A stretch of 61,621 nucleotides of DNA, the filler included, from Choristocarpus tenellus KU-1152 (taxonomy: Eukaryota > Protista > Phaeophyceae): NCBI GenBank assembly GCA_964200185.2. It is 7 parts of 7 records of this genome, joined end to end, with 100 filler letters (N's around TTAATTAATTAA, not from the genome) between each part and the next. Parts side by side here need not be neighbours in the genome. Positions count along the whole stretch, not along the records: positions 1 to 28,307 come from CAXNAD020000127.1; 6 more parts are not named here. One strand, 5' to 3'. The position numbers and the translations under genes were made by a program. The notes beneath the pieces were generated by a model, which was not told where the DNA came from, did not search any database, and saw only the letters and a program-made list of their open reading frames with translations. Below are positions 14,463 to 27,699 of the stretch, one piece after another (position 1 is the first letter of the stretch; each line of letters opens with the position of its first letter).

Positions 14463-14618
14463 CTAGAGTACAAGGTTACCTGTTGGACTCTGAGTGCTAT
14501 ACAGAGTACCGCTCTTGTAGATGTCACCAGCCTAGGTAGTGTAGAGTAAAAGCTTTCCTGCTGGACGTTGAGTACAGCACAGAGTGCCGCTCTTGCAGAT
14601 TGCCACAACCTAGGTAGT
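14463..14618. repeat. Tandem duplication, 2 x 78 bp
   Basis: tagagtac...cagagtaccgctcttgtagat...cctaggtagt repeats as tagagtaa...cagagtgccgctcttgcagat...cctaggtagt. Confidence 0.85.
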
Positions 14619-15759
14619 GTGGATGGTGCGGTCATATTGTTTCTTGTGCTGAGCTGTTTGAGATGTGGATGAACATTAGGACCACGATTCACATAGCTTT
14701 TGTCATGTGACAGACTTGGAGCTCTGCCAAGGTATGAATTCAATAGTGGACTGTATATAATTGCTATGTCTCTAAACTTCTAACAGAGCTCAAAGGTGCA
14801 CCATCACATTTCCTCTCTTGGGACCTCCTAAACACCATAGTGGTCTCCTTCATAGCATACATTACAGCAAACCGATTGCTCATCAACAAGGGCATTTATT
14901 TTTTTATTTTGTAATTTCTGTGATTGGTGGGCGAAACAGGCTTGGACTACGGTGGTGTGTGTGGAAGAACTAAAGGTAACATAGTTGCAACTCTTCTTCT
15001 TTTTTTTCTCCTGTGGCATATGAAATGAAGGTCACTTGCTCTAGATAAGACGACACTGATCAAGAAAATGTGTAAGCACATGCAGCGGTGCCATGCCCAC
15101 CCAGGCTGTCGCAAAACTTGGAGTCTGCCGAGTCAAGGCCGAACAGAACAGCGAGAGTATGTGCAAATAGGCCTCTTAGCAGAAGGAGGTGAAAAGGACA
15201 CCCCTCTTATGCCTTGTGCCTTGAACGTTAATTAGCGGCGATGTTAGGTGCTGAAGAACAACACGAAGGGGCGACAAGGCTATTCCATTCATTAGGTGGA
15301 AGCAAATAGTAAGTGATGAAGAGGAACTTCCTCTGTACAATGCATTGAAGTTGTGTTGTTTTTTTTACCTGGATGCACTGTTGTCCTTCCCTGCCATGTG
15401 CAGCGCTGTGGCCCTGAGTATCATCAAGGCTGTTTACAAGGCGTTGTTTCATCCTTAAAACTCTGTACATCCTCACACACACAGCAGACAAAAAAGGTAC
15501 GACCTCCGCCAATTAAAAGACTCACAAACTGTCATACTCCCCTGGGTAAAAACGCATGGGAATCACTCTGCCTGCTCCGTATCAGGGAAAAGGAAGTGCC
15601 AGCGTGTGCTACTTTGAAAGCGTCACAAACTGACCCATCAGGGCTGAAAAAAAAAACTATTTCTTCTCTGCACACAGCACCAAAATTTAGAAGCAAAAAA
15701 AACAACTATATACCGTCACAAAAACGCCACCACCTGGAGTTGTACCATTGTACCCTTGA

Positions 15760-18700
15760 CTACCTATGCCTATCTGTCCATGGGCATTCCCTCGAATATA
15801 TCTCGGCCACCCTTGGGTCGTTCTCCTCTAGCCCCATCTTGGATGCGATGGCTGAACGCATTGCCTTTTCCATGACCTCTCGTAGTGCTGGTGAGCCTCC
15901 CCCTCCTCCTTCCCTGCCCTCTCCTGCCATGCCTGTAGCCCCTCCGTCGTTACCCAGTATCCTCCTAGGTGGTCTTTCCAATCTTGCTTCTCTTGTAGCA
16001 ACTTTGGGTTCCATTTCAGGATTTCCACTTTCCCGTATAACCCCTGCCTTTGGTGGTACTGCCTCTGAATCAATCTCCCATGGATCCCGCCGAACTCCAA
16101 CAACTTGATGCGCACTTGGTGATTGGTGACATTGGGCAACTGCCCTACTATTACTTCCCCTCCTGGTCCCAACCCCAGGCCCCATAGACTGAGAACAATA
16201 GAGGCCCTTACCAGAAACGGGTCTTCCATCCTTCCACACACTGCGATTGCTGCTGTTAAGGCCATCGTGCTCTCGGCCTTCTCTACTCTCTATCCTAGGA
16301 CTTTTTGGAGGCCGACCACCAAGGTTGACCGAGGTAATGATTGATCTCCTTGTCGGCAGGGTTGTGGGTAGGGAGTGATGGCGATTGCCTATTCCCCCAG
16401 TCTCACGACCCTTGCTATTGTACCCAATTGCTGTGGTCCCAGAAGCTCTAGCTCGGCTTGATGGTAAGCGCTGATTTGAAGCCATAGGACCTGCTGATGC
16501 AACCTTTGCCTTAGCCGTAGCTATCCCTGACGAACTTGAAGCTTCTTGCGCAAAAGATTCTGCTAATTTCCCATGGATAAGGCTGCCCCGTGCCAGCTTG
16601 GGCAAGGATGCAGCACGGACTAGCGGTGCTGATCTCATCCGTCGCCCCTTCATTCCCCCACCCCCACCACCCCCACCTCCGCCAATGCTGCCACCTCCAC
16701 CTCCACGTCCTCCTTTGAGGGAGGCATTTACCCCTTTCAAGCCATGCATTTCTCCATCTCTACCGCCCCGGGTCACCCCTGTGCCCCATCCCTGGGAATA
16801 CTGCCTGCCACTCACTCCAAAGAGTCTCCTCGAGTCATCTATCCTGGCCTGCTGCTCCTTTGCAACCAGGCGACGTTCTCGGGCCCGCTCCTTCTCCTGC
16901 TTCCCAGCCTTCTGGAGCACCTCCTCGGCTGTGGACAAGCGACGCTTCAGCCCTATCCCATCTGCATTCCCACTCTGTTCATTCCCACCGTCCTTTGTCT
17001 GCACAGATGTGTGACCCCCTTGACTGCCAGCCACTCCACCATCCCTGTTGCATGTGGGAAGGAGGCACTCCTCCGCCCAGCCAAGTGACGAGCTATCCAC
17101 ACCCCAAGTCCCAAACGAACCATAGATGCTGCGAGCGTCAGCCGCAATTTGGTCCTGCACTTCAGACCTCACCATTGCCTCTAATCCTTCCTGAATTTTG
17201 CTCAGGAGTGCGCCCTCATCTGACTGAGTGCTTGTCAACCCTGCTGTGTTACAGAAGGACGCCCAGATCGCAGCACGTGCACTCACCATGTTGAATATTT
17301 TTTTCAGGTGCACATGCTCTTTGTCATCACCTTCACCTGTGTCCCAAAGGGCATAGAACAAAAGGGAAAGAAGGGGTATTACCTCTCGGGCAGGATGGGA
17401 TTTTTCTTCTCCTCAAGAACTCGTTATCAACAAGAGCTGTAGAAACTATGAACTCACCTCCTTCTGCTTGAGGATCCCCATTCTTGTTGACCTCCTCAGC
17501 CTGCATACGTTGTCGCCTTGACCGCTGCCGACCTGATGAGAGCCGACTTGTCTCTTGGCTAGCAGGGGTCAGTGATGATGCCATTGCAATGATCTCTGCA
17601 ATGGCCTTCTCACAATGTTGGGCCTCTTCCAACAAGACTGCCTCCTCCTTCACCGAATTCAACCCCTGGTAAACCGGAAGCTGGAGGACCTCAGACACGG
17701 TCGTGGCTATCTTTGACCTTGTCATCCTTGCCACACTTGTTGGCACTCCTGGCATATCAAGTACTCTTGCATTGTCGTCCTCAACGGTCTGATTCGTGCC
17801 CTTCAACATTGCTACCTCCTCAGCAACCTTGCCTCCTTCTCCTGCAACTACTCCAATTTCAAACAAGACAGGATCAGAACACTGGTATTCTACCACACAA
17901 CTCTGTGACTGCTTCCTGTACTCGTGATTTGTTGTGCCGGAGACCTTGACCTTTGAGGTGCTTGGAGCTGTGGAGACCGTTTGTTTCATCCTTTCATAGG
18001 ACTCACCAAGAAGCAATGCAACAGCCTCCTCCCCAAAATCACTTGATGAGCGTAAAACCTTAACGGCAAACTCCATGCTTCCATCTTGTTCTCTTTGTGG
18101 GTAGCACATTAGCAGGAGCTTCCCTAGAATATAGTCATCCAGCACACCACACTCTTGCTTCTTCACCCCTTCCCCTTCTCCACCCCACCTTTCCCACCCC
18201 TCCCTGAAACTTATCTCCTCCCTGTGATAATCCATTGCCCCTGTCCTTGTCACTTGCCCAGTTCCAGCAAGAATAAATGCCTCATGCCTGGTGCTCCACT
18301 CTTTAAGGAATGTCATGGTACCAGGGCAAAGCTCGGGGTCTTCGACGACCAGCCTCAGTGTGGGCATACATTCTGCCAGCAGGTGACACACACTAGCGGC
18401 CTCAGCAAACGGAATAGATGTCACCATACGCAGTACAGGGGAAGCTGCAAGCTTCTCTGCACAGGAGTAACTTAGTACCCCTAACATTCCACCTTGTGTG
18501 ACCAATGCCACCCCTGCCAGGGTAGTTGCACCTGTCATTGCTGCTGTTCCTGCTGCTGCCTTAGAATCCAGCATCACCTCCCTTTCCACTCTTCCCCTTT
18601 GTGCATGAATCTCAAGTTTACCCCTCCAAAGTAAGCCTGTGGTAATGCCTTGCCTCCCCCTCTTATAATGACCTGTATCCCACAAAGATGCTGATCCTGG

Positions 18701-19942
18701 AGGTAGATCTATCAGACTCCTGCTGCAGTAGCTTGCACTGAGGGCTTTACACCACTCCTGCCAGATATCGGGACTGCTCCAAGAATCCTGGTCAAGGATT
18801 AGGGGGGATGTTGCTATCATACAGGTAGGGGGTACTTTCCCCTCTGCCTCATCCTTGCCATCGCCAAATTCCTGTAACATCGGTGTAGGTTGAGACCTGT
18901 ACCCATCTTTGCCCCAAGAGGCATCAGCTTCAACAGATTTTTCATCATTTATCACCCTGTTAGGCGTGCATCCAGCGTCCAGTATTGCCGGCGCCCCCCG
19001 CTGCTCCCTACTAGCCAGGTCAACACCTTCAACTGTTGAAGGACACCATATCGTGATGCGCGATTTTGAGTATCGCCGCTTGACTTCTAGCAAAGAGCCA
19101 TACAATGGCAAGGCCTTGGGTAAAGACACAGGTAGTGACAAGGTCAGCGATGGGTTCGCGGGGGTGACGGCGTGGTCGGACATTTCAGTCCCACTGACCC
19201 AGCCAGGAGATGGGATCCAGGCGACATCGAACAATATGCTATTTGGAGAAGAGGTGTCCTCTGTGAAGAGAGAGGTGTCCTCCAAAAGTATCGAGATCTC
19301 TTCTGCAGCCTCCACCACGAATAATTCGGCATCAGTGCGAGCGTTCTGATCTTTATTGTCGAGTCCAACCATGTTTGTCTTTCTATTTTGACTCTCAGTG
19401 ACCACCCGTGCGTCTAACCCAGGGTCTTCAACTTGATGGTCAACACCAGGCCCATCTCCTTCTTCTCGAAGATCTCTTTCTACTATCGTTCGCGTTATAC
19501 CAAGCTTGAGCTGTTCGATCTGGACATCAATAAAGCCTTTTGTTGGCGCCAACACCAGGGAATCAAAGTCCGAAGCGGACAACCACTTACAACTATGCTC
19601 AAGCAGATTGACAAACTCGTCCTCCAGACGTAGCTCGAAAGGATTACCACGAAATCGGTCATCTCTGGTGCGGTGGCTCTCCTTCGACAACCTTTCGTCG
19701 GTGCAGGGAAAAGGAAAAACCGCAGCCAGCTTGATGCTCCTTCGTCTATCAACGGTTGACCCCTGCGAACCTCTTTGAGAGTCTTTTGTCGGTACTGTAG
19801 CCCAGTCATGTTGGCAAGCAGCTGACAAGCCATGGAGAACACACTGTAGATGTCTGAAATGCAGTATCAACCTCTCATCCGAATAATCTCGGTTGTACAA
19901 CCAGCAACCTGGTTCTGCAAGTAGGAGGACAAACCTGTCCAT
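15760..19942 (-). CDS. Large protein (~1,378 aa; exons 19942-17383 and 17336-15760), putative MTBP/Sld7-family replication origin-firing factor
   Basis: ORFs of 869 aa and 533 aa are joined in frame by a 46-nt GT-AG pyrimidine-rich intron (17382-17337). MDRFVLLL, LPLYGSLLEVKRRYSKSRITI and LWRGKLEI resemble MTBP motifs recalled from memory. Confidence 0.65.
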
Positions 19943-20299
19943 TTTAATCGGTCGAAGTGAGGGGACAGCTTTTTTTGAATACCAAACCGTAACACATTCT
20001 TAATGTGGGTTCCAAAGATGTATTTCATCTTTCAAATGAAAAACAATGAAGCATTGGAAAAAACGTTAAAAAAAAAGTGGAAACCCCAGAAAGACAATCG
20101 AGGAATATATATTTATATATTTTCTACACCAAATTTCTCTGATCCGATTTCACCAATTTATGAAGACCACACCCTCATTGGTCCATTCTGTTAGAAGGGA
20201 AAGGGAGTATGTAAGGTCAGAAAATAAATGGTAAACTAACGCCCCAATTTGAAATCTGAATACAGCCCTCCCAGTCACACACCTTGGTCACGTACACAA

Positions 20300-21460
20300 G
20301 AAGATCACCAAGATCACCAAAAAAAAGAAAGAATCCGACGTTGGGGGGTTGGAGAGCAGTGATCGTAGAGTTGCTCAAAGGCAACAAACTATGGGGGGTT
20401 TTTAGTCAAGGGGAACTCCGAGCGATAATATCAAGTAATGAAAAAATACAGTCCACAAAGGATGCTGGTGCTTTGGATCCCAACCTAGGCTTCTCACGGA
20501 AGGAGGGAAGGGCTGACTGCAAGGCCATCAACATGGACCCGCTAGGAGAGGTCTGACAAACGATCCCCCTCAACAACTAACCCACTGGTTCAGGCAGGGC
20601 ATGTAAGGATCCCCCTGACCGCTGTGCATACAAAAATGGAGAAACTTGGCCTTAGGTTGCGCTTAAGATACCTCAAGCTGTTGTTTGCTGTCGAGGGTAT
20701 GCAAGAGAGGCTAAGGTGGGTTGACGATGGGCCTTGAGCCTCAAAGAGCGTCTACAACTTTAAATGAAGACTTCGTCCATGTTGTTGAGAAGTTGTTTTT
20801 CATGTGTAGATAGATGGTCAGAAACACTACCTGTTCGACGAAGAATCTCCTACCCTTAAGTTGCAGCCCAACAGCCACATCTCCAGGGTAATGCTCCTCA
20901 CAGCTGTCGCACGGCTATAGTTTGATACTACTGTCAACAGGAATTTTGACCAGAAAATTGGCATATTTCCGTTCGTGTACAAAGCTACAGCGACAGTGGA
21001 GACAAATACCGTGGAAGTTAAGAAGATGAAGTACAAGGGCACAACGAATAATCGTGTGATCAAAGAGAAGTAGCCAACAGGGGAGAGGGGGTAGACTATC
21101 AATGTGCAGCAAGACAGAACATGACCACATAACATCAATGACAAGTCAGAGGTGCAAGCGGGTGTGTTCCTCTGATGGGTGCGGGACATTCACTTAATCA
21201 ACCAGCCGCCCAACAGCCCCAGTACCAACATCCTTGATCTGGGGTTTAACAACTCAATTTGGACAGCGGATGAGCTCATCAGTAAAATCAAGGATGCCTT
21301 TGCCAGGGATCCTTTAGCCATTCTTTCTGGGGTAGCGTAGACGACATTGCAGCAACTCTGCCAGAGATGGTTTTGGGCAAGGGGGAAAACACCTTCAAGC
21401 TGCCCATGTGAAGAAGATGGTGACGTAACTAAGGGATACAACTCTCCAGAGGAGTGGGAA
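20300..21460. mobile_element. Degraded retroelement (non-LTR-like) remnant
   Basis: Shares CTCTGCCAGAG-TGG context with the LINE-like remnant near 31830; no intact ORF. Confidence 0.3.
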
Positions 21461-24400
21461 TTGGCCCGGATTGTACCTGAGGAGTGTGACAGTCAGTGTA
21501 GTTTGTTTAACCCCATGTAATGCTTGTAGCCTAGAGCACGTGTGAGTATGACTTAGAGAGTAGTCCAACACTGAGATAGTTTGGTTCGCTTGCTACCTCT
21601 TTAAGTATAGGAGCCCAATGAACGTAACCAACAATTTATTCTAGCTCATTTGAACTTCAGACACACTATTAAAACTTGACATGGTCAGTACAATGGAAAG
21701 ACCCTTATATGCCTGTATTCTAAAGTGCTTACATAAAGACCTTACAAAATGAAACATCCAAATGAGACATTTAAACTCGATCAGGGGAAGGATTCTGTAG
21801 GAGTGTGGTTACTTTCTAGTAATAGTACGTATGATGTGGGATCTTCATCTCCGTGAGGTCCAGGGTATCGAATATGGCAAAATAAATCGTCGGACTGACG
21901 ATTTGAGGCCAAACCGGAGATTTGCGCCGATCAAGATTGATGGTTAAAGTATGCTGCTCACTGAATAGCGTTTGGTATGGATTTATTGATTTTTTTCTTC
22001 CTTCTTTGTGAGAAATAAGCTATGGGTGGTGGTGGGAGGTGGCACGTAGTCAGCGAACAGCACCAGTACCCAACACCCAACCAGGGTCGTTCATAATTTA
22101 TTGATGGAGAGGTGAGGAGAGGTGAGGCAATAGACCATGGGCAATGGGGCCTACTTTGTGGTTAGTGGGCGCCACTACCCGTATTTAGTTCAAGGATCGG
22201 TCGCATTTCTGTAGAGGATGTGGGAATGTGCTGTATGGGGATAGTGACGCAAAGTAAACTTGAGGTACTCAGGTTTTGGGCGTCTTTGCATTTTAAGTCT
22301 TTTTTTCGATCTTTTGCAGTTCATAAATATTTCTGTGGATTAAGTCCCTAAGTTTGACTTGAGAACGCTATTTCTCTATTTTTTTTGTAACTTTTCGAAC
22401 ACAAAAAAATAAATACCCCCCTACATACAATTTAATAATTTGTTCCGAATTCTGCGCGAATTTGTTAGCATCCTTGAAGATGTAAGTCAGAGTGAGTACC
22501 TCTCTCTTAATTTGACTCAAGTGTCACCTCAATACTACCAACGACAACATGCATTTTGCGACGGTTGAATCGATAATAGACAGCACCAAAAAGGTACACT
22601 ACATCACGCTTATCACGCCCCTTTCCCTGTAGCAAACGGCAAACAAATCGGGGTGTCCCTCAAGATTCTTTTCGCCTCTGTTGAACAAACAAAAAACCTG
22701 CCAGAGGGGGGGCTTACTTCTTCTTTGTACGGGACGATTCGTACACTACTTGTCCCCGTGCATCGAGGGTCGAGACACCATTACCAACAATTTTTTCTGG
22801 CGAATCAGCGACTATCGATGGAGGTTTCGAAGTGAACGTTATGTTCCACGCAGTTAGTTAGTTGTAGAACGAAAAGATTTATCGCAATAACTGGGGAATG
22901 GTTGTATCCAAAAGTCCAAACACGAAGCTCCAGAATCGTCGGTTGGTTCACCTGATGTGCGGGCAGGGGAGATCTCCGCCATCACTGCAGATGTTAAGAA
23001 AAGGGAGGACGCAAGCGCAATGCAAATGTACTCACATAGCACCAAAATCGCTATCAACACTTAGGAAGCATGGCTTGACCAGGCCCGAAAGGAAAAGAGG
23101 TTCGCTGAAGGCAAGTACGAGCGAGAACGGGCTCCACCTACATCCTAAGCTCCCTTTCCCAAGTTGTTGAAAACGAATTTTTCATGTGTTCTACGCAGGA
23201 AGGGTGATTGATATTCACACGACCTGTTCAGCATTGGACATAAAAGGATCAAGTACTTCATAAGAACAACAATAGTAGTAATATTAACATGTTAATAATT
23301 AATCGTACTTCGGAAGTAGCATTAACAAAAAGGGACGTAACAATTTCTGTGCACCCCATGTAAATTTGACCTTTTTCATACTGTCTGCTCATGAAAGCAT
23401 GCATTCGAAATGACAGCAATAACTAGAATGTCTTTCATTTTTCAACAATTTCCTGTGAAACCTTGCAAGATCATACAACATGTTCCAACTATATTAATTC
23501 CCCTTTTTTGGATGCCAAATATATTCGGGAATTTTCTTTTTCGCCGTATCAGATGATTGGAATCAGATATTTGATCGGATGCCTTCAATATTTTTGTTAT
23601 GTCACCATTTCTCCCAAGTGATATCCTATGTATGAATGATACAACAATGCAATAATCCAATATTGCAACCAATATATTTATTTTATTTATTATGCCTTCT
23701 GACATTTTCCAGATGTGCCAGAGGAAAAACTAATGAAAACAATTCACATATCTGAAAAATCAATATATTACACATAATACTTTGCCATCTGACATTTTGC
23801 AGATGTGTCAGGGGCGAAACCAAAAGAGCATATTGTTACATTCTATCATTCATACACACGATTCCTTACGCCTTATTCCACTATTGTGTATTTTTCTTCA
23901 CATTAGTCTGAGGACATTACAAAAAAAAAGCAGAAAAAGGGCAATACACAACATACAATACACTTGCACAGGTTGGGAAATAAGAAATAAAAATGTATAG
24001 AAAAAAGTGAAAGAAATAAAACCCTATGTATCTAAGAGGGTAACAAAAAATAAAATTAAGTTAAGTTTAACTACAACACCCAATACTTTGATATGATAAT
24101 GGTGGCTTGCATTCAGGGAATCTGTATGGAGTCCAGGCGATCAACTGTAACAACACAGATAATAAACACAAAAACCAATTACCTGTTGATGCTCGAAAAG
24201 AGTGAAAAAATAATCACGGGAGCGTTTAAGAGCACTTCGCTACACCAAAAAACTGAAGTCCAGCAATTGTTTATGGACTTTTTCTTGCCCTTGTTGAGGA
24301 GCAGGAACCTTTAGGAGTTTCATGACTAACTCTAGTACCAACAACATTTACCATACACACTCCAAAGCGCAATCGTTCTATACTTTTAGTCTTGTCCATG

Positions 24401-25077
24401 TCAACCCACAAACGTGTGCTTGTCTGCAGAGAGAATACGCTTTTAATCTACCATACCAGCACTTTTGTAAAAAAAAAATGAGAAGGCTTGGCTACACACA
24501 ACACTCTTTCTAGTTGAAGTCGAAAACGCCGATACATGCAATAGGGGTCTACAGTGCATGAAGAAAGCATAGGAGACGCACAAAAATGCCAACAATAACA
24601 CATCAAGAGGAACAAGCCAAGTGAGGAAAGACACTCCAAACCTGACCATTGAACACTGCAACCAAAAGAAGTCAGACAGAATAGGTAAGGCTGAATATAA
24701 TTAGAAAAGTGCAGCCAGATCACTTATTACATAAGGTGCACTGCGTTCACAATTCTGGTAAATTGTTACACACAAGGCAAAGTGGCAAGAAAACCACCAC
24801 CATAGCATGCTCCCAAGTCTGTTCTCTGCCACTCTCAATCAAGCCTTTAGTTTCACATTCATACTTCCACCCAGTCCTCCCCTTGGGGAGCAACTGCACA
24901 ACCCCTCCTATCTCTAGCCCAACAAAGCCCCCCAGTATCCATTTAAACTCCTGTCAAACATGTTCTATCCCTACCTGGTGCTGTTGACCTCAAGCTCCTA
25001 AATCCACCACACCATCACCACAAAGTAGTTCACATGCCACTATAGCTGTGCCTATCTTTTAGCACATGCCCTCTCCT

Positions 25078-27278
25078 TTAGCCTTGTTGTGGACTTTTCT
25101 TAATTTTGCTGTCTATGGCATCATAGTGCTGCTTGGTGAGGGTATACACCAACACCCCCAAAATGCCAATGGTGGAACCCAGCGCACCCATTCGGGAGAT
25201 GGGTGTATGGAAAACCACAAGACTTGCAACAATGATAAACACTCGCTTCATGGTGTTGCCTACAGCCAAGGTTGTGGGGTGCACATTGCCCAATGCCAAA
25301 TACATAACCTTACGGAACACGATACACAAGCCAGGAGGGTTAGGGTTAGGGTTAGGTGCATAGTGGGTAGCACAGGAAATTCGAAGGGAGGGAGGTTGGC
25401 TGAAGACAATATAGGGTGCGTTCATGGGGCAGGCAACAACGACTCAAAGGTCTGATCACGGCTGAAATTGCAGTGAGGAAAGCATGTGACAAAAGGATCC
25501 CTGACAGTTTTGACCTACAACATGCTTTCTCAAGTGCATTTGGGCAGCTTGGTGGGACAGGAGAGAGGGGAAGTCTAGCATCACAGGTACATTCAAAAGT
25601 TAATATCTTGACCAGGCGTAGAGAGGTCAACGAAACCGGCAACTTTATTGGCATAGCTTGGTGCAGTAGTCAAGGCTACTCAGAAGGCTGCAAACACTAT
25701 TAAAGAGACAAAACCATAAACACCTTGCAACACCTCAAGGGTACGGTGGGCAATAAAAGGCAGAAATGTGGCACATTTCTCAACTATACTTGGCCTTCCC
25801 TCTCACTCTCCCCCAGCCATGTTCTTCACTCCTACAAAATGATTGATTCATTCATCCCTCTCCACTCCCTGCCTCTGGCTACTCACCTCATTATTCAGAT
25901 AGTGAGAGATCCCAGAGAGTAGTAGGTTGGTCGCCAGTTGGCCCTGAGTATAGCCATTATCAAGTGCTTTCTGCAAGGTAGGTTTCCACAATGGTAAGCC
26001 TACTCCAAACACCACTGGTGACAGTAAGAAGAACGACATCACTGTCACAATCCCGTAGAGGTTGGCAGAAGATAGGGGACCAACAGTAGGTGGTCTGTTC
26101 ATGAGACTCTTTGAAAAGTTTGCCCTCAGGGCAAAGAGAAGATTAGACGCCATGGCACCCAGGAAGCTGACCCAGTTGAAGTTGATCTCTTGCCAGACCA
26201 GGGAGGGAAAGACCATGCATGAGGCAGGTGGAAGAGTGGCCAACCAAGTGACATGGGAGGAGTATGTGTAAGACTGGAAGCCTAGAAGAGGATCGTGGGT
26301 TCTATTATGAATTTTCAGCAATAGTGCTCTATTTACTTTGCCTTGTAACAAGGAACGATGGAGACTACCTGCATTCATGAGTGGCGTTGGGGATATCTCT
26401 ATCAACAAGAGGAAAATGAGAGGATATTGAGCAGTCACCGCCCTAAGAAGGTCAACCACGTTTGGGATGGGCAGAGATCCTGCGGTAACCCCTCTTCTCC
26501 ACACGATTTCGTCAACAATCCAGGCAACATATATATATATATGTATCCATTAAGAGCAAGAGCAGGGACTCCTCGTACCTGTGTAACACGCAAGAGAAAC
26601 GCCAGCAACCACAGGTAGCAAAGCTGCATAAACCTGCAACCTGAAGATTTGTCCAAAACAAACGGCAGCAACTAGAGCTGAGAAGAAAGGCTCCATTGCC
26701 TTGACGACATGGGTAAAGCTAACTGCTCCGGCACCGAGACTGATCACGGTCGCTAGTTGCCCTCCCCCATGAAAGAAAGCAACAGGTGCGATCCGTCGAA
26801 CGACTTTGCCGTTCAGCGCTCCTACGCCCTCCCGGATGCCCAATGCCCATTGCAGCCCTACCCATAAACTTCCAATTCCAAGCTGAAACACCGCAACCGA
26901 CATGGGCAGAGGGAGGGCATTCAAAACTTTTTTGTTGACAATGTTGTACCACACGTTAAGGATATACCACAAACCGAAGAATGAAATCACTTTGATCGTG
27001 TTGCTCCTACTCTCCCCTTTGGCATCCACCACCCGCCCCATATCTTTCTCGCGATTGATTCCTCCCCCTGATAATCTCATCAATGTTGTAATCCCTTGTA
27101 TTTCATCGCTGACTGCAATATTTGGTCGATGTTTCCCATGACCTCGATATTGCTCTCTTGTTTGTATGGAGGACAACAACGCCTCTGTGGGACGGGGCAG
27201 CAAGGAACGTTCTCCTACAACATGAGCCGAAGATGCAAGGCTCAATGCGCACAAAACAAGGAGATATCTGATTGGCAT
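25078..27278 (-). CDS. Plastid phosphate translocator (triose-phosphate/phosphate translocator family); exons 27278-26579, 26188-25887, 25308-25078
   Basis: WYILNVWYNIVNKKVLN, AVSFTHVVKAMEPFFS, GAMASN, HPTTLAVGNTMKRVFII; N-terminal signal peptide and RLSGG motif; in-phase splice sites. Confidence 0.92.
25336..25356. repeat. Interstitial telomere-like (TTAGGG)3 in a TPT intron
   Basis: agggttagggttagggttagg. Confidence 0.7.
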
Positions 27279-27699
27279 GCTAGGAGTGCCTCTGATCTTC
27301 GGTTTGGTTTGTTGAGTTGTGGGTACAGGAATGGGGCAATTGGAAGGCTTTTGACCTGGCCAGCAAAAAAAAAAGTTCCGTCTACACTTAACCAGTCCAT
27401 GTCCATATCCATATCCATATCTGACAGGTCTCACAATCTTTTGACATGTCCCACTCCATGTCCACTAGGTATTGAACTCGTCCATGTCCATGACTGGATC
27501 GGTCTCATAGTTGTTGAAGTCCTGTTCATGTCCACCACCTGACAACTCTAACTTTTTTCCTTGCGTGTCCAGACCATGGCCGGCCATGACCTAAATTTTT
27601 TCTGGCGTGTCCTCACTATGTCCAGTATATATATGTTGTACAAAGACATACACAGACACGGATCACAAATCAATTCACACACCCAACAATAAACCGTGC

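Noticed and set aside
17333-17400. Programmed frameshift between the 869-aa and 533-aa ORFs
   Set aside because: A canonical 46-nt GT-AG intron explains the frame change; no clear slippery heptamer
26550-27434. TPT start at 27434 (294-aa ORF)
   Set aside because: The ATG at 27278 gives a proper signal peptide; the upstream extension is repeat-derived (GYGYG)
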